Assembly (NCBI GenBank): GCA_964016885.1
Contig: OZ024746.1
Location: 9,362,001 to 9,426,000, forward strand
Length of the DNA stretch: 64,000 nucleotides
Origin: Eledone cirrhosa
Taxonomy: Eukaryota
Direction: 5' to 3'
Positions within the stretch are counted from its first letter, which is position 1. Every line of letters starts with the position of its first letter. This document shows, in pieces, positions 1 to 15,631 of this stretch. Under the pieces are notes generated by a model. It did not search any database, was not told where the DNA came from, and worked only from the letters and a program-made list of their open reading frames with translations. The position numbers and the translations under genes were made by a program.

Positions 1-797
1 GTCAGTTGCCAGACGTCGGAGCTTCAACGTATCCATGCCCAGGGAAGTAAGGCGTTCAGAGTATGGTAGATGCCTGATGGAGGATATTCGCTTGGTTGCA
101 CGTCTCTGAACAGTTTCCAGGCGGTCAATGTTCTGAGCAAGATAGGGGTTCCAGACTGGTGGTGCAAATTCTAAGTGTGGCCACACCATAGCTATGTAGA
201 GCTTTAAATAGATAGCTGGAGAGCGGCTGACAAAGGTTTTGCTGAGTGATGCTAAGACACTCTCGGCCGTCTTGACAATTTTAGAGACGTGCTTTGTCCA
301 ACGCAAATCGCTGCTGGCAGTAATGCCAGGTCACGTTCACAAGAAGACGTGTTGTGGAGGCAGTATCTGGACGCTGGGTTTTTACTCCCAAAATGCATGG
401 TGGTACACTTGTCCACAGCTAGCTTGAGTTACAAGTGCGTGATCCATTGCTGCATTGGGTGCAGGTCAGATTGCAGGCAAGATCTATAGTGTTCAGGATC
501 TTTCCTTTTTATCTCAAGGTACAGCTTGATGTCATCTACATATTTCAGTACTGTGACATTCTTTAAGTTAGCATCTATGTCATTAATATATGCCACAAAC
601 AAAAGGGGGCCAAGAACAGATTCCTGTGGTACACCGGATGACATCTCATATGGTGAGGAATGCTGTCCTAGAACCGTGACTACCTCTCTTCGACTGAGAA
701 TGAAGGACTTCAACCAGTTAAACAGATCATCCTTCACACCCATTGCAGAGAGTTTTGCCATAAATCTTTTGTGTGGCACAGAATTGAAAGCTTTAGC

Positions 798-799
<2 letters not shown>
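1..799 (-). mobile_element. CR1/L2-clade LINE reverse transcriptase fragment (degenerate, 5' end abuts (TA)n)
   Basis: Minus-strand translation KAFNSVPHKR..LFNWLKSF..SGVPQESVLGPLLFVAYIND..LKYVDDIKLY matches non-LTR RT motifs (KAFDxVPH, GVPQGSxLGPxLF, YADD). Downstream sequence resembles the CR1 C-terminus (VWPHLEFAPPVWNPY). Confidence 0.9.
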
Positions 800-888
<89 letters not shown>

Positions 889-906
889 CGTGTGCGTGAG
901 CGTGTG

Positions 907-961
<55 letters not shown>

Positions 962-1030
962 GTGTATGTATTTGTTTTGGAATATTCTTGATGAAAATTC
1001 GTATGTTGAAATAGATATTGTTAAATTTAT

Positions 1031-1383
<353 letters not shown>

Positions 1384-4299
1384 TATGTGTGTGTGTATGT
1401 GTGTGTATGTATGTATGTGTGTGTATGTACGTATGTGTGTGTGTATGTATGTGTGTGTATGTATGTATGCATGTGTGTGTATGTGTGTGTGTGCGTGTGT
1501 ATGTGCGTATGTATGTGTGTGTATCTATGTGTGTCTGTATGTATATATATGTGTGTGTAAACGTTATACCTATTGTTTTCATGAGTTGTTCTGTTTTCAT
1601 TCTAAGATTATATTGCTAAGAATACATTTTCTTTCTTATTTTATTCCACTGATGTTATCTGACAAAGAACTTTAATTTATTTCTCTATAGAAGATGAGGT
1701 AGTCCAACATGGCCGCTATCAAATATTTGAAACCAATAAAAGCAGAGATGCAAAGTGATGTTTACATTCTTAATTGTTTTTGTTGTTCAAACGTGATTAA
1801 GCGGCCTTATGATCAAAGGCTTTCCATTTGCGACACGGCGTCATTGTTCTCATTAGGATCGATATTGTCCAGTATATATTTCTTAGTTTTAAAGATGGTA
1901 GTATATAATTTTAAGGAGATATAGCTGCTATTTATAGGAAGTCGACATCTATGATAAAGGAGGCTCCTTTATTTGCTGGATATATATTCTTTTGTTCTTA
2001 CACCTTATCTGTTCTCTCTATACTTTGTACATTCCCTTGACCACGAGTTAACACTCATAGATTAGTCCAACGATCAAATGCATTCCAGTCGTGACCATCC
2101 AATGTATTTTAGAGATACGCAGAACTACATTATCTAATACATCATTTCCATATTTAAGATGAGATAGGGTGTCGTTTGAGGAATATTTGACTACTGTCTC
2201 TAGCACGTCGAGCAACCACCGAGAGACCACCTTGTATAATGTGTTTCCTTCCAGTGGATGCAAGTAGGAAGTTTTGAATCGTTTTACATGATGTTCATCT
2301 GTTGAATGCGACTCTTATCTACTTCTCGTTCCTCGGGAGATTTCGTGGAGGAGTATATTACATATCTATCCCACAAGAGAAGCTACAACTTCTGTTTACG
2401 TGTTTAATCTGCTAACATGCGCTATTTACACCAAACCTATGTTCTCTTCATATTCAGAATAGTTATTATACTGTACTCATTTTGTTGTTATCCATATTAT
2501 TTCTGCAATAAAGAGTCAGCATCTAAGCAGGTTTCCCATATTGAGCTTTAAACAGTACCACATGGAAAGATAATATCTCGCTAACATTTTATATCAAATG
2601 CTGTTTATACGTGTTATGCTTCTAACAGTAACATGGTGTGTTCGACATTTTGAATCACATATTGAACGTTATGCGTTTTGCCATTACTTCCTTTCATAAA
2701 TCCTTTTATTGCTTTACGTTTTTCGTGGATTTTCATGATATAATCTCCTCCGCAAATATATAGCAGTTACTACACCAAGTTATGCCTCATTCTGTGTCAA
2801 AGTTGTTCGTATGCAGTACATTTCTCTTGCATGATTCTGTTAACGACAATACCATATGTAATCTTTGTGTTTGATACAATATCCTCATATCGTTATATCA
2901 CAACATGCATTGGTGAGACACTTTTTGGATAACACTTTACCAACCTTGATTTTCTGAAAAGTTTGGTTGCATGTCCTACACTTTTCCCCGATATTTCTAT
3001 AACATATTTGCTGTAAAATCAAAAACGCTCGCTATTATATAGATAACATTACTCTTCATTGTTCTCTACGGAGACTCCATTCACATGCAACGAAGTAACA
3101 TAATGTCAAACCAGCGTTGCTTTCACTGACAGAAACATCGAGGGGGAGTATGTCATTCTTATCTCTTTCAACAGCAGAAAGACACAATCACTACACATAT
3201 CAGGAAAATAACTTTCCCCTTGGACAACACACAATTAAAACCATCCAAGTAACTATAAATGCTCGGCTCACAATCTCTTATCTCTCCTAGTATACGGCAA
3301 TTTAGTCATAGTAAAAAGAGGTTGCTGAAAGATCCCCGTGAGATTCAATGGTCGATGTAGCGGGTGTCTCTGACTGTTCAGCGGTAACATGTTCCCTCTC
3401 CTGTAAGATATTCTATCTCCCTACTTCTCTGCCTTTTTCCTTGTCACTTTCTTTTGGCTTTTTTCTGTCCTCCTCCGTAACAAGAAAAGCTTATGCTTCA
3501 AAGACATGAATTTGATTACTGCACCAGAAAACCTTGATCAATTGCTGTCTCTCTCTAAAACATTTAAGCACGACTCCCAATAAAGTATTGCTCTCGTATC
3601 TTGGATGGTGCTGTTGTTGCTACTGTTGTTACTGTCGCTACTGCGGTTGCGGCTACATACACACACACATCCCAAACCACGTCCAAAAGAAGAAAGACCA
3701 TCTGGTAAAGATCCACTCACCAGCACATTACAACCTCTAGCCCACACACGTGTTACTTCTCTCGACAACCCACCCCCTACCCATCTCTATCCTTTCCATC
3801 TCTATCTCTCCTGCGCCTCTTTTTGCGCATCCTCCCTCTCTTAAATTGTTACCACAGCGTCCTCTACCCCTCAGAACTAGTTACTTCCACACCACCTCCA
3901 TTTTTATCCCTTTCCTTAAAATATTTATCTTTCTTCCTGCTGTTTAATATCCGTTGTCTAAGAGATAGCATACGGCCATCACCAACTTTCTGGATTGTTT
4001 TTATTTTCATTCTTCTTTTTCTTTCTGTTTCATCGCCTGTCGATGTGACAATTTGCCTGGAAATATGCCATGAATATGCATCTATGGATAGATAAATATA
4101 TAGAGGAGTTAAAGAAAAGTTTTGAAATTAAGTGATTAATATTGCTATTCTTATCTCTTCGTCCCCATCAAGCAAGGCAATCAATCGATCAATAAATAAA
4201 TGAATAAATAGATAGATAAATGAATAAAAAATCAATAAATATATAGTGAATCGGTATATCCAGATTGTAGGAATGGTGTGTCTGTTGGTTAGATACAGA

Positions 4300-4396
<97 letters not shown>

Positions 4397-4472
4397 CACT
4401 TTCTCTCTCTCTGTATAAATATATATATATATATATATAGACCCCACAACTAACCGTGGATATTTCTGTATG

Positions 4473-4509
<37 letters not shown>

Positions 4510-5625
4510 GGGGACATGTATATGTGTATCTATGTACATTTTGTATATAGTTGTACATGTTTATATGCATTTATGGATGCAATATGTGTATGTATTTACT
4601 GAAATGCAGCATTATTAGTAAATATACCACATTTAAACCCTACACTGCTGCTATTGCTTGGATCGACGTTATGGTTAGAAAATATTCAGCACCTGTACAG
4701 GTAGATGACCTGAACTACTTGACTGGACCAGTTAAATGTCCTGGCCACAGGTATAACATAGTATCATCTGCACTCATACATTAGACATATAAAAAACCCC
4801 AAATTCGATCTCTTTACGTGGTAGTTTGACCTGTACAATAGCACCTAAGCTTCTCTCAAATCACATCCTACCACCTTAACCGTTCAGTTAACAACCCGCC
4901 CAAACTGACTCTGGTTCTATGAAATTAAAACCACCCATTTTAAGGTCTCCAATTTAAATTAAATTCTTCCAACATAATTTTTTTATAAGAACCTTACACT
5001 ATTTTAGTTATGAAATAATTAATAATTTTAGAAAATCCCTCAAAATCCTTCATTAATTAATTAAAATAAAGTGTATTTCATAAGAAATGTGGTCAGAAAA
5101 GGGTTAAATAAATGGGATGTACATAAGAAATAACATAGCCTTGTATGTAACAGAAAACAATAACAGTTTTATCACGACTGGAATCCCTTTGGTGAAAAGT
5201 CTGCTTGCTCAGATTCACCTAGAGGCTAATCAACAACAAATAAATTTATTTATTAATTAATATTAAGACTGCTATTAGCAAATATATTGAATGATAGAAA
5301 AAGTGAGACGATATGTGTGAGAAAGTATCTGAAAGATCATGCGTTTGTGACTGCATGTTTTTATGTGCGTGTGAAGGTTAAATATTCTTGTTCAATATGA
5401 TATCAAAAAGGAATGCAGCAGTTGATATTTGCTAATGGCTATATTTTCAGACTGTTCATTTCTAGAATACATTACTTAGTTCATATTTTCTGCTGTTTCC
5501 AAGTGCATATTTACAAAGTTACAATTTTATAGGTTTAAACAATATATGAACAATTTAAATACGTAGTTTATAGAAACAAAAGCTTTTGAAATTGATCGAA
5601 TTTTGTCTACAAATAATAAACTTAC

Positions 5626-5780
5626 AACAACAACAAAAAATAATAAAAAGATAGCTAGAAACATAGCGACTGGTATTTATCTCTGATTTTTCACTTCAAT
5701 ATAAACAACAACAAAAAATAATAAAAAGATAGCTAGAAACATAGCGACTGGTATTTATCTCTGATTTTTCACTTCAATAT
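5626..5780. repeat. Direct tandem duplication, 2 x ~78 bp
   Basis: acaacaacaaaaaataataaaaagatagctagaaacatagcgactggtatttatctctgatttttcacttcaatata occurs twice in a row. Confidence 0.9.
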
Positions 5781-6885
5781 ATATAACCTTCTAAATTTGC
5801 GTTTAGGTTCTTGAAAGATAACAGCAGACAACTGAAAAGTAGTGCAACTGTAGAAAATTACTAGCGCTGTAATCATCAATAGCAACCATTAAAAGACAAC
5901 ACAAACAAAACAATACAACACGTCAACATAAAATAATGAAGTTACCTTCTAATTATTGCAATTTTATTCTATGAATTTATTTAAAAAAATTTGTGTCTTT
6001 TTCTGTTTTGCCTTTTGATTTTATTGTTTCTTTACTTTTGTGTTTGCTTTCTTTTTCTTTTTTAATTGATATTTTAATACATTGTTCTAAAATAACAAAA
6101 AAACACGTGATTTTCTTCGTCTAGTAACGTCTGAAGAACTGTCACTAGGTCGTTAAGCTGTAACGTTTCAAAAACTAAAGATTCATTTCCTTGCTTTAAA
6201 CTGTCATTAAAATAGCAATTCATTTAAACAGAACTGTAGTAGACGTAATGTTGCAATTTTAAGATACTTCTAGTAATTAGACACCAATTTTGATAAGTTA
6301 TCTACTTATCTGATTTAATACCAAATAACAAATATTCAACAGCTGCTTTTGTATTGATATTATGTTTGAATTTATCTTTATCGACTTGATGTCCACTTCC
6401 GGCTTTATTACCGAAGATAGTCAACTGCATGGCGTCCGCCATGAAAATTAAGATAACTAAAGCTGAAATACTGCTCTTTGAATCAGGTAATTTGCGTGCT
6501 GCGAATTCAACAATGGAAATCTCTGCTGATATTGGAATATTTACTGAATTTTGTGAATGACAAATGCGGCGACATAGACACGTCTCCTATCAATGATAAC
6601 ATATGAAGCTACTAGCTGGTCAATCGAAACCAACATTGTTATTAACAGAATGTTTAGTATTAATTATTGACTTGGTTGGATTAGGTACAAGGCGACATGT
6701 CAAGGAGGCAGAATACAGTTGCTTAAAATTGCTTCCGTAAATCCAATTTACCTGTATTGTATTGCTCTGGGTCTGGTTTGGCGCTGCAGCAGGATGAACT
6801 GGAGACAGTTGCTTCTGACATGATTTGCTGTAAAGAATGTTTCAGGTCTCTCCTCCCACGACCTTCCCGGTAATAAGTGGGCATA

Positions 6886-7006
6886 GAAGAAGAAGAAGAA
6901 GAAGAAGAAGAAGAAGAAGAAGAAGAAGAAGAAGAAGAAGAAGAGGAGAAGAAGAAGAAGAAGAAGAAGAAGAAGAAGAAGAAGAAGAAGAAGAAGAAGA
7001 AGAAGG
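6886..7006. repeat. (GAA)n microsatellite
   Basis: Direct reading. A (TTC)n equivalent lies at ~43150-43265. Confidence 0.95.
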
Positions 7007-7193
7007 AGGTGGCGGAGGCAACACTTAAAAGAACAAGGATAGTTGCCCCTGAGATAACATATTCTACCTAAATGCGAAGTTGTATATTTAGATAGGCCTG
7101 CATATAAAACTGGCAAGTCTACGTGTATGTGTGCATATGTTGTTATGGATATATGTATATGTATACACACACACACACACATATATATATATA

Positions 7194-7283
<90 letters not shown>

Positions 7284-7333
7284 TGTGTGTGTATGTTGGT
7301 AAGGATATTTGTATGTGTACACACACAGACATA

Positions 7334-7365
<32 letters not shown>

Positions 7366-7435
7366 CATATATATATGTGTATATATATATATATAAATAT
7401 ATATACATATATATACATATATATATATGTATATA

Positions 7436-7482
<47 letters not shown>

Positions 7483-7486
<4 letters not shown>

Positions 7487-7556
7487 TAAAATAAGAGATT
7501 AAAGTTTAAGCAAAGAATCGCTGCTTTCACCCTTAACGGGATCTTCTGAAAACTAT

Positions 7557-7560
<4 letters not shown>
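7483..7560 (-). mobile_element. Family B short (TA)n-inserted element with a degenerate hammerhead-like motif
   Basis: Reverse complement reads CAGAAGA-UCCC-GUUA-AGGG-U-GAAA. Homologous pieces at ~8095-8185, ~51905-52035 and ~52433-52552. Confidence 0.5.
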
Positions 7561-7603
<43 letters not shown>

Positions 7604-8183
7604 TATACACATACATACATACATACATACATACATACATACATACATACATACATACATACATACATACATACATAGGTATGTATAAATATTGACCGGC
7701 TAAATATCTGGGTGGATCGGGCGACGGGTGGATAGCTGGTTAGATGTTTAGACTGCTTTTACCTTAAAATGAAAGGAGTTAAAAAATGGAAGGTTTCATT
7801 CTCCTCTAAGCCAATATTTTCTCACTACGTAGTATGGAAGGTATGTAATAAAATAACCTAAATCCATAAAGTTGGGGGTTTCCTGTGACTGGGACGTCTA
7901 AAAATAGAACAGCATCTGGATCTGGCAAGGGATGGAGATAATAATTGGTATTTTGGTTGTTTTGGGGGCGCGTGCCTTTATATACATATGTGTGTGTGTG
8001 TGTATTTTGAAGAGGGTTTTTTTTTTCTTTCTAAACCAAATATTGGATGATGTGCATCTGCGTGTGCGTATATATATATATTAAATTTATATATAAATAT
8101 TTGCTCTAGGGTTCGTATATATTTGATATATATTTATCCTTATCGAGCCCTCTTTGGATTTTAGATTTCACATTTTTATTATA

Positions 8184-8222
<39 letters not shown>

Positions 8223-8234
8223 ATTATATTATTT

Positions 8235-8479
<245 letters not shown>

Positions 8480-8559
8480 GGATATTCATACACATACACA
8501 TACACATACACATTTACAATCACATACACATAAACTCCCAGCCATATGTTCATGTATGC

Positions 8560-8590
<31 letters not shown>

Positions 8591-8910
8591 TGTATGTATG
8601 TAGTCATGTAGGTTTGTATGTCTGTAGGTAGGTAAGTAGGTATTATGTATCTATGTAGGTAGGTATGTTTGCATGGCCGTCTAACCCTTTATCTCTTTAC
8701 CTCCCACTTTTTACACGGCCTCACTTTACCACTATTTCACTATATCACATTCTCCCCACATCATCTCACTATATATGTTTTCATGTGTGTGTACGTGCAT
8801 GTGTGTCTATGTATCTGTGTGTGTATGTGTAGGTATATGTGTATTATAAGTTAGTCATATATATAGAAAGTAAGTGAATGAATTGCTGCGAATTTTAGTC
8901 TCTCGCTTCC

Positions 8911-8959
<49 letters not shown>

Positions 8960-8963
<4 letters not shown>

Positions 8964-9150
8964 TTTATCCCGGGTTCAATCGGGGTACCCACAGTAAGTA
9001 AGGTACTCAATACAGCAGAGTATAAATATATAATATAGAAATGCTTCTACAAAACTAGAACTGCTTGATTCCGTAGAAATCATCAGGAAGTCATTTTTCG
9101 ATGATTTCTACGGAATGAAACAGTTCTAGTCCTGTAGAAGCCTTTCTCTA
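8960..9150. mobile_element. Family A PLE-like fragment, fold-back, inside (TA)n
   Basis: Inverted arms around 9085-9100. The minus strand reads CTGATGA-TTTC-TACG-GAAT. Confidence 0.75.
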
Positions 9151-9289
9151 TATTATATATATATATATATAGGCTCTCTTGCAATAGATTGAGCATTATT
9201 TTCCTTGATCTTTCACCTACAGATATGCTGCATATACATGAACTACCCTGAACTATCATTAGAATGTTCTATTTAGGTATTTGTGGAAG

Positions 9290-9480
9290 ACCAGTAGTTG
9301 CCCATGCATACCAGTTTCGCTCTTCCCGCCACCGATGTTGACCAAGGGAAAGGCAATAGCCGATACAGCTTGGTACCAGCTGGAGCAACGTGAAATAAAG
9401 TGTCTTGCTGAAGGACACATCGCATCACCGTGTCCAGGAATTGCAAGCACAACTTTCTAACCACTATGCCACGCGCTTTC
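9290..9480 (-). mobile_element. tRNA-derived SINE, family 2 (CORE/V-like central motif), degenerate
   Basis: Reverse complement gcgcgtggcatagtggttag...gtgtccttcagcaagacactttatttcacgttgctcc. Homologous to 11965-12178 and 16330-16547. Confidence 0.7.
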
Positions 9481-9499
9481 CCAAACGCACATACGTAGA

Positions 9500-9534
<35 letters not shown>

Positions 9535-9550
9535 ACACATACACACATAC

Positions 9551-9584
<34 letters not shown>

Positions 9585-9869
9585 ATATATATATATACGT
9601 AGTTACGTATATATGTCTGTATATTCACACAATTACCATAGTTCTATGTCGACATCTACATTGTGGTATCGGCTAATATATATAGACAGACGAAAGGAAG
9701 TGTACTTCTGATCTTATATCACTGTGCACTCGTAACCGGAAGCTTCGAAGATTCAGACGGAAATCATTCCTATAATATTAATAGGACATATATATATATA
9801 TAGAGAGAGAGAGATAGATAGATAGATAGATATTGAAATAGAAGCGTCACCGTGATATTGATTACATAA

Positions 9870-10105
9870 TTGTTTCTAATTTTGGCCCAAGGTCAGCAGT
9901 TATCCTACTGTATTACTGGTACTTTATTTTATCGACTCCGTCAGGATGAAAGGCAAAGTTAACATCGGCGTGGTTTGAACTCAAACCATAAAGGGCCGTA
10001 ACTCTTTGCTGCAAAGCATGGCGTCCGACCCGCTACTGATACTGCCAATCCACCGCCCTAACATGGCGTCCGACCCTCTATCGATACTGCCAATCCACCG
10101 CCTTT
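9870..10105 (-). mobile_element. tRNA-derived SINE, family 1 (with duplicated 5' head)
   Basis: Matches the 54683-54872 consensus. The segment catggcgtccgacc..ctgccaatccaccgcc is repeated twice. Confidence 0.85.
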
Positions 10106-10158
10106 TGATTACATAATTTAGTCTAATAATGGGGCATATAAACCACTTTTCAAATCTA

Positions 10159-10220
<62 letters not shown>

Positions 10221-10253
10221 TGTTACCTTTTCAACATATTGTATATATATATC

Positions 10254-10572
10254 TAAGGCGGGTAAAATTCCCGAGATCCATGGACGAGTTCTCACCAGCG
10301 GTCTCTGTCCCTCATTATCGCTGCCATTAATCAGTATACAGTGAGGATGAAAATCTCAGAGCTGTATGGGAGCATCCCAAAAGTCAGCTCAAAAGTGACA
10401 CAGAGGAGACTGAGGTTAGCTGGACATGCTCACCGACATCCAGAGATGACATTGCACTCAGTGCTCCTGTGGGAGCCTTTACATGGGCTCACTAGAAGAG
10501 GAAGACCAAGGTTAACGTATGTTGATGCCCTAAGGACAGACACTAGTCTGTTGGAGACGCAGGACATGGCAG

Positions 10573-10575
<3 letters not shown>
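10254..10575 (-). mobile_element. RTE-clade LINE 3' fragment with 5' inversion, inserted in (TA)n
   Basis: 10341-10575 (+) encodes QRRLRLAGHAHRHPE..VLLWEPLHG..RRGRPRLTYVDALRTDT, typical of the RTE ORF C-terminus. 10254-10326 is the element's 3' end on the opposite strand. Confidence 0.85.
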
Positions 10576-10629
<54 letters not shown>

Positions 10630-10631
<2 letters not shown>

Positions 10632-10996
10632 CGGAGGTAGTGATATCGTAGCTCCGATACTCGATACTATGGACATGTTGTTAACATTTCTCGGGAAAGA
10701 CTCGCTGTACAGATTTTACGGGCAAAACCAACCGGCAGGTGACCCAGGGGTAGACACCGAACAAGATGGTTGGCTAACATACGTGAGCTTGACTGGTCTC
10801 CCTTGGGGAGTTGGAGACAGTTGCGTCTGGCAGGACCCGCCGGAAAGAGTGCTTGAGGAGACTCTGTCCCTACGATCCTCCCAGGAATAAGTGTGTGAAG
10901 AAGAGGAAGGAAAGAGGAAGGAAGGATATCGGGCTGAAGATCCGCATAAGGTGAAACATTTATCCTCGGTAAGGTGAACTAACTGTTGTGGAACTA

Positions 10997-11000
<4 letters not shown>
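10630..11000 (+). mobile_element. Family C element between (TA)n tracts with a hammerhead motif near its 3' end
   Basis: Flanked by (TA)n on both sides. Its 3' part is homologous to the reverse complement of ~21005-21110. Confidence 0.6.
10931..10965 (+). ncRNA. Minimal hammerhead ribozyme motif
   Basis: GGG-CUGAAGA-UCC-GCAUAA-GGU-GAAA-CAUU-UA-UCC. Confidence 0.6.
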
Positions 11001-11062
<62 letters not shown>

Positions 11063-11140
11063 AGTGTGTGTGTGTGTGCGTGTGTGTGTGTGTGCGTGTG
11101 TGTGAGCGTATCTGTGTATTTGTGTGTGTATGTGTGTGTT

Positions 11141-11206
<66 letters not shown>

Positions 11207-11684
11207 TGTATGTATGTATGTGTGTGTGTGAGCGTATGTGTGTATTTGTGCGTGTATGTGTGTGTTTGTGTGTTTGTGCGTGTGTAAAATATTTGTTTTT
11301 ACTACACTATGTAATGTATTGTTAATATATGTTTATGTAATTATTATTATTATAGTGTGTTGTCCAAAGCCACATGCCGTAACATGTATTTAGAAATACA
11401 TTGGCAGAGTTGATATCAACAAAATTCTAATCCTTGTGCGGTACATTGGCTAACTGTTACCATGCCAAAACTACTAGATGATTTGTTCAAACCTGAATGT
11501 AGACATGGCGTTAATTCCCTCTCAATAACACACGAATCTACTTATCCAGGATTCCTTACTCCTTTGAGATCTCATAAATCTTACAATTCCTCTTTCTGTG
11601 TCTCGGAATATTACCTGATACCGATAAGATGCGGTGTAACTTCTATAGACTGGTGAAGACCAGAATAACGTGTGTTATTTGTGT

Positions 11685-11754
<70 letters not shown>

Positions 11755-11964
11755 TCTTTGAAGTAAAACATTTCTGTTATTACTGCAGTAGTAACAATAT
11801 TTTAGTCTTTCCATCAAGCAACTAGCAGCAGAGAAGTCAATTCTAACAAGAACAGAAAATGTCATTTCTACCATTCTACAACTGACTTAGCTTCCTATCA
11901 TCAATAAACCACATTATTGCCTTCATTGGATTCATCTCATCAAGGACTACAAGGACTACAGTCG

Positions 11965-12178
11965 ATCGACTTCAGTCAAATCGGACCGAGGAAACGATGT
12001 TTCCGTTGGTCTATCCAATTGCTAATACTATCTATCGGTCACAACTCCAGGTAGAAGGAGCAACGTAAAGTAAAGTGTCTTGCCCAAGGACGTAACACAT
12101 CAACCGATCCAGGAATCAAACTCACAACCTCACAATTGTGAATCCAGTTCTCTAACCACTCAGCCACGCGCCTTCACT
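11965..12178 (-). mobile_element. tRNA-derived SINE, family 2
   Basis: Reverse complement gtgaaggcgcgtggctgagtggttagag (A box) ... gagtttgattcc (B box) ... gtccttgggcaagacacttta. Confidence 0.85.
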
Positions 12179-12459
12179 ACGGACTACAGAATCGCCCTAA
12201 TTTTGCCCAGTTGTTATTCAAAGGCCTTGCATTAAGCTAAATAGATGTAGAGTGCTTTCATAAATGGTGGTTCTGCTAGGGTTGATGTGATAAGTGGTGA
12301 GAAGCGCAACGGCAGGTGAGTGAAGTATCTGTCGGGTTGTCATGTTAGAATATAAAGTATAGGAATACCTGAATGGCTAATATTAATTGGGATTCATACA
12401 CGCGGTGTTTAATTGTAATATATATATATATATAAGCAAATTGTAATATATATATATAT

Positions 12460-13346
<887 letters not shown>

Positions 13347-13684
13347 AATCAAAGTTAAAAAGATATGTTGTTGTTCGTGGCTTTCCTAGAGTTATTAGTC
13401 ATATTTAGGGCCGACTTGTCAATCTTCTGGCTCTTTGGTAACAACCCTATTATTTCTGTGTGTTTCACTGTTGGATTAATTTCATTTGATTATTTTAACA
13501 AAATAATAATATATATACATATATATTTGATTATTTTAACAAACAAATAATATATATATATATATATATATATGGGAGTGCGTGTATATATGTGCATGTA
13601 CATGTCTATATATAGTTTTACATATATGTATACATAACATGTTTTCAACTTGTACAAAAAGCCTACGGATCTAATTGACATTGT

Positions 13685-13729
<45 letters not shown>

Positions 13730-13733
<4 letters not shown>

Positions 13734-13895
13734 ATTAATAAATGGAAACTATATTTATAAAACCATATTTATTTCATTATATATATTTCAAGGATACCAA
13801 GTTAAATCATGGTATGCCTTCAACAGTCGAGTGCTTTATATCAGTTATAATAATATTTGCTTGTTGTATCCCAACAATTTAAATAGAACTTTTGC

Positions 13896-13900
<5 letters not shown>
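13730..13900. mobile_element. Family H copy with internal inversion
   Basis: 13730-13826 matches the left arm of 12558-12660. 13826-13895 matches the reverse complement of 12460-12535. Confidence 0.7.
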
Positions 13901-13957
<57 letters not shown>

Positions 13958-14165
13958 TAGAAAGTGAGGGATTTTTTACAAAATGAAAAATAACCGAGGT
14001 GTCCTACACGAGTGAAAGTATAAGGAAAAAAAGATGAAATCGAAAATGCAGCCGGAGTCTTATTTTTAAAAGAATATATATATTTATTTGGTTCCTTTAC
14101 CGGTTTCGCAGTTCTTCTGCTTTTCAAAAGTAGAGTTGAGATGGAGGGTCTGTGGTTTCTCTCAC
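13958..14165 (-). mobile_element. Family F PLE-like fragment with U3-A8 hammerhead (14095-14130)
   Basis: Reverse complement reads CUU-UUGAAAA-GCAG-AAGAA-CUGC-GAAA-CCGG-UA-AAG. Homologous to 20600-20920. Flanked by (TA)n. Confidence 0.8.
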
Positions 14166-15274
14166 ATATATATATATGGAGAGGTGTAAATGTGTATATA
14201 TGTATATGTGTGTTTGTGTATATATGTGTATATGTGTGTGAAAGCATATGCGTGTAGGTGTGTGTATATAAATGTATGTATATGTGTGTATGAAAGCAGG
14301 CGCGTGCGTGAGATTGTGTGTATGTGTGTGTGTGTTTGTGTTTGCATTTGTGTGTGTTTCGTTGTGTATGTATGTGTCTGTATTTGTGTATGAGTATATA
14401 TGTGTGTGTATGTGTATGTATGTGTGTGTATGTGTATGTGTGCACGTATGTATGTGTATATGTGTATGCATGTGCGTGTGTGTGTGTGTGAATGTATTTG
14501 CGTATATGTATGTGTATTTGTATGCGTCTGTATTTGTGTATGTGTATATATGTGTACGTGTGTGTATTTGTGTGTATGTGTATGTATGTGCGTATGTATG
14601 TGTGTATGTATGTGCGTATGTATGTGTGTATGTATGTGTGTATGTATGTATGTATGTGTGTATGTGTGTATGTGTGTGTATGTATGTATGTATGTACGTA
14701 TGTATGTGCGTATGTGCGTATGTGTGTATGTGTGTGTATGTATGTATGTACGTATGTATGTGCGTATGTGCGCATGTATGTATGTGTGTATGCGTGTATG
14801 CGTGTATGTGTGTATGTATGTGTGTATGTATGTGTGTATGTATGTGTGTATGCGTGTATGTGTGTATGTATGTGTGTATGTATGTGTGTGTAAATAAACA
14901 TGTTTCAACTGGAAATTTAAAACTGGATCGTTTGGTCACATCGGATATGACGTACACCGTCCCCGCGTCATTGACGTGGTTTATTTATAGAGAACGAATT
15001 ACATATACTTAGCTATGCATCAACACACACACATATAGACTTATACAGACACATAAACACACATATACAGACATATATAGACACATATACAGACATATAT
15101 AGACACACATAATGTTGCTTTGATGTTTGATTGCATGATTTCGTGTTCATGATAATAGGATGTCTTTTGGTGTCGACATATTTATGCAAATGCAGAGATA
15201 TGCGTTGAAGCTAAATTTTGTAACATACGCATATATATATGTACACATAGACACACACATGCACACATACATAT

Positions 15275-15434
<160 letters not shown>

Positions 15435-15459
15435 ATGAATCAGTTTCAAACCAGTTAGA

Positions 15460-15572
15460 CCATTACTCAACTGAGTTCTCGATACTTGGGTTAGTAGAGT
15501 ATGGTTATATTATAAAGGGTCGGGACCCGACGGCTGAGCTCTTGCCGTTTCGACAGCTAGTTCCAGACCTCG

Positions 15573-15573
<1 letters not shown>
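15460..15573. mobile_element. Family E short element, diverged copy
   Basis: gggtcgggacccgacggctgagctcttgccgtttcgacagctag, homologous to 26330-26515. Confidence 0.65.

Positions 15574-15629
<56 letters not shown>

Positions 15630-15631
<2 letters not shown>

Noticed and set aside
2600-3120. Possible ancient RT remnant on the minus strand
   Set aside because: Too degenerate to translate into recognisable motifs.
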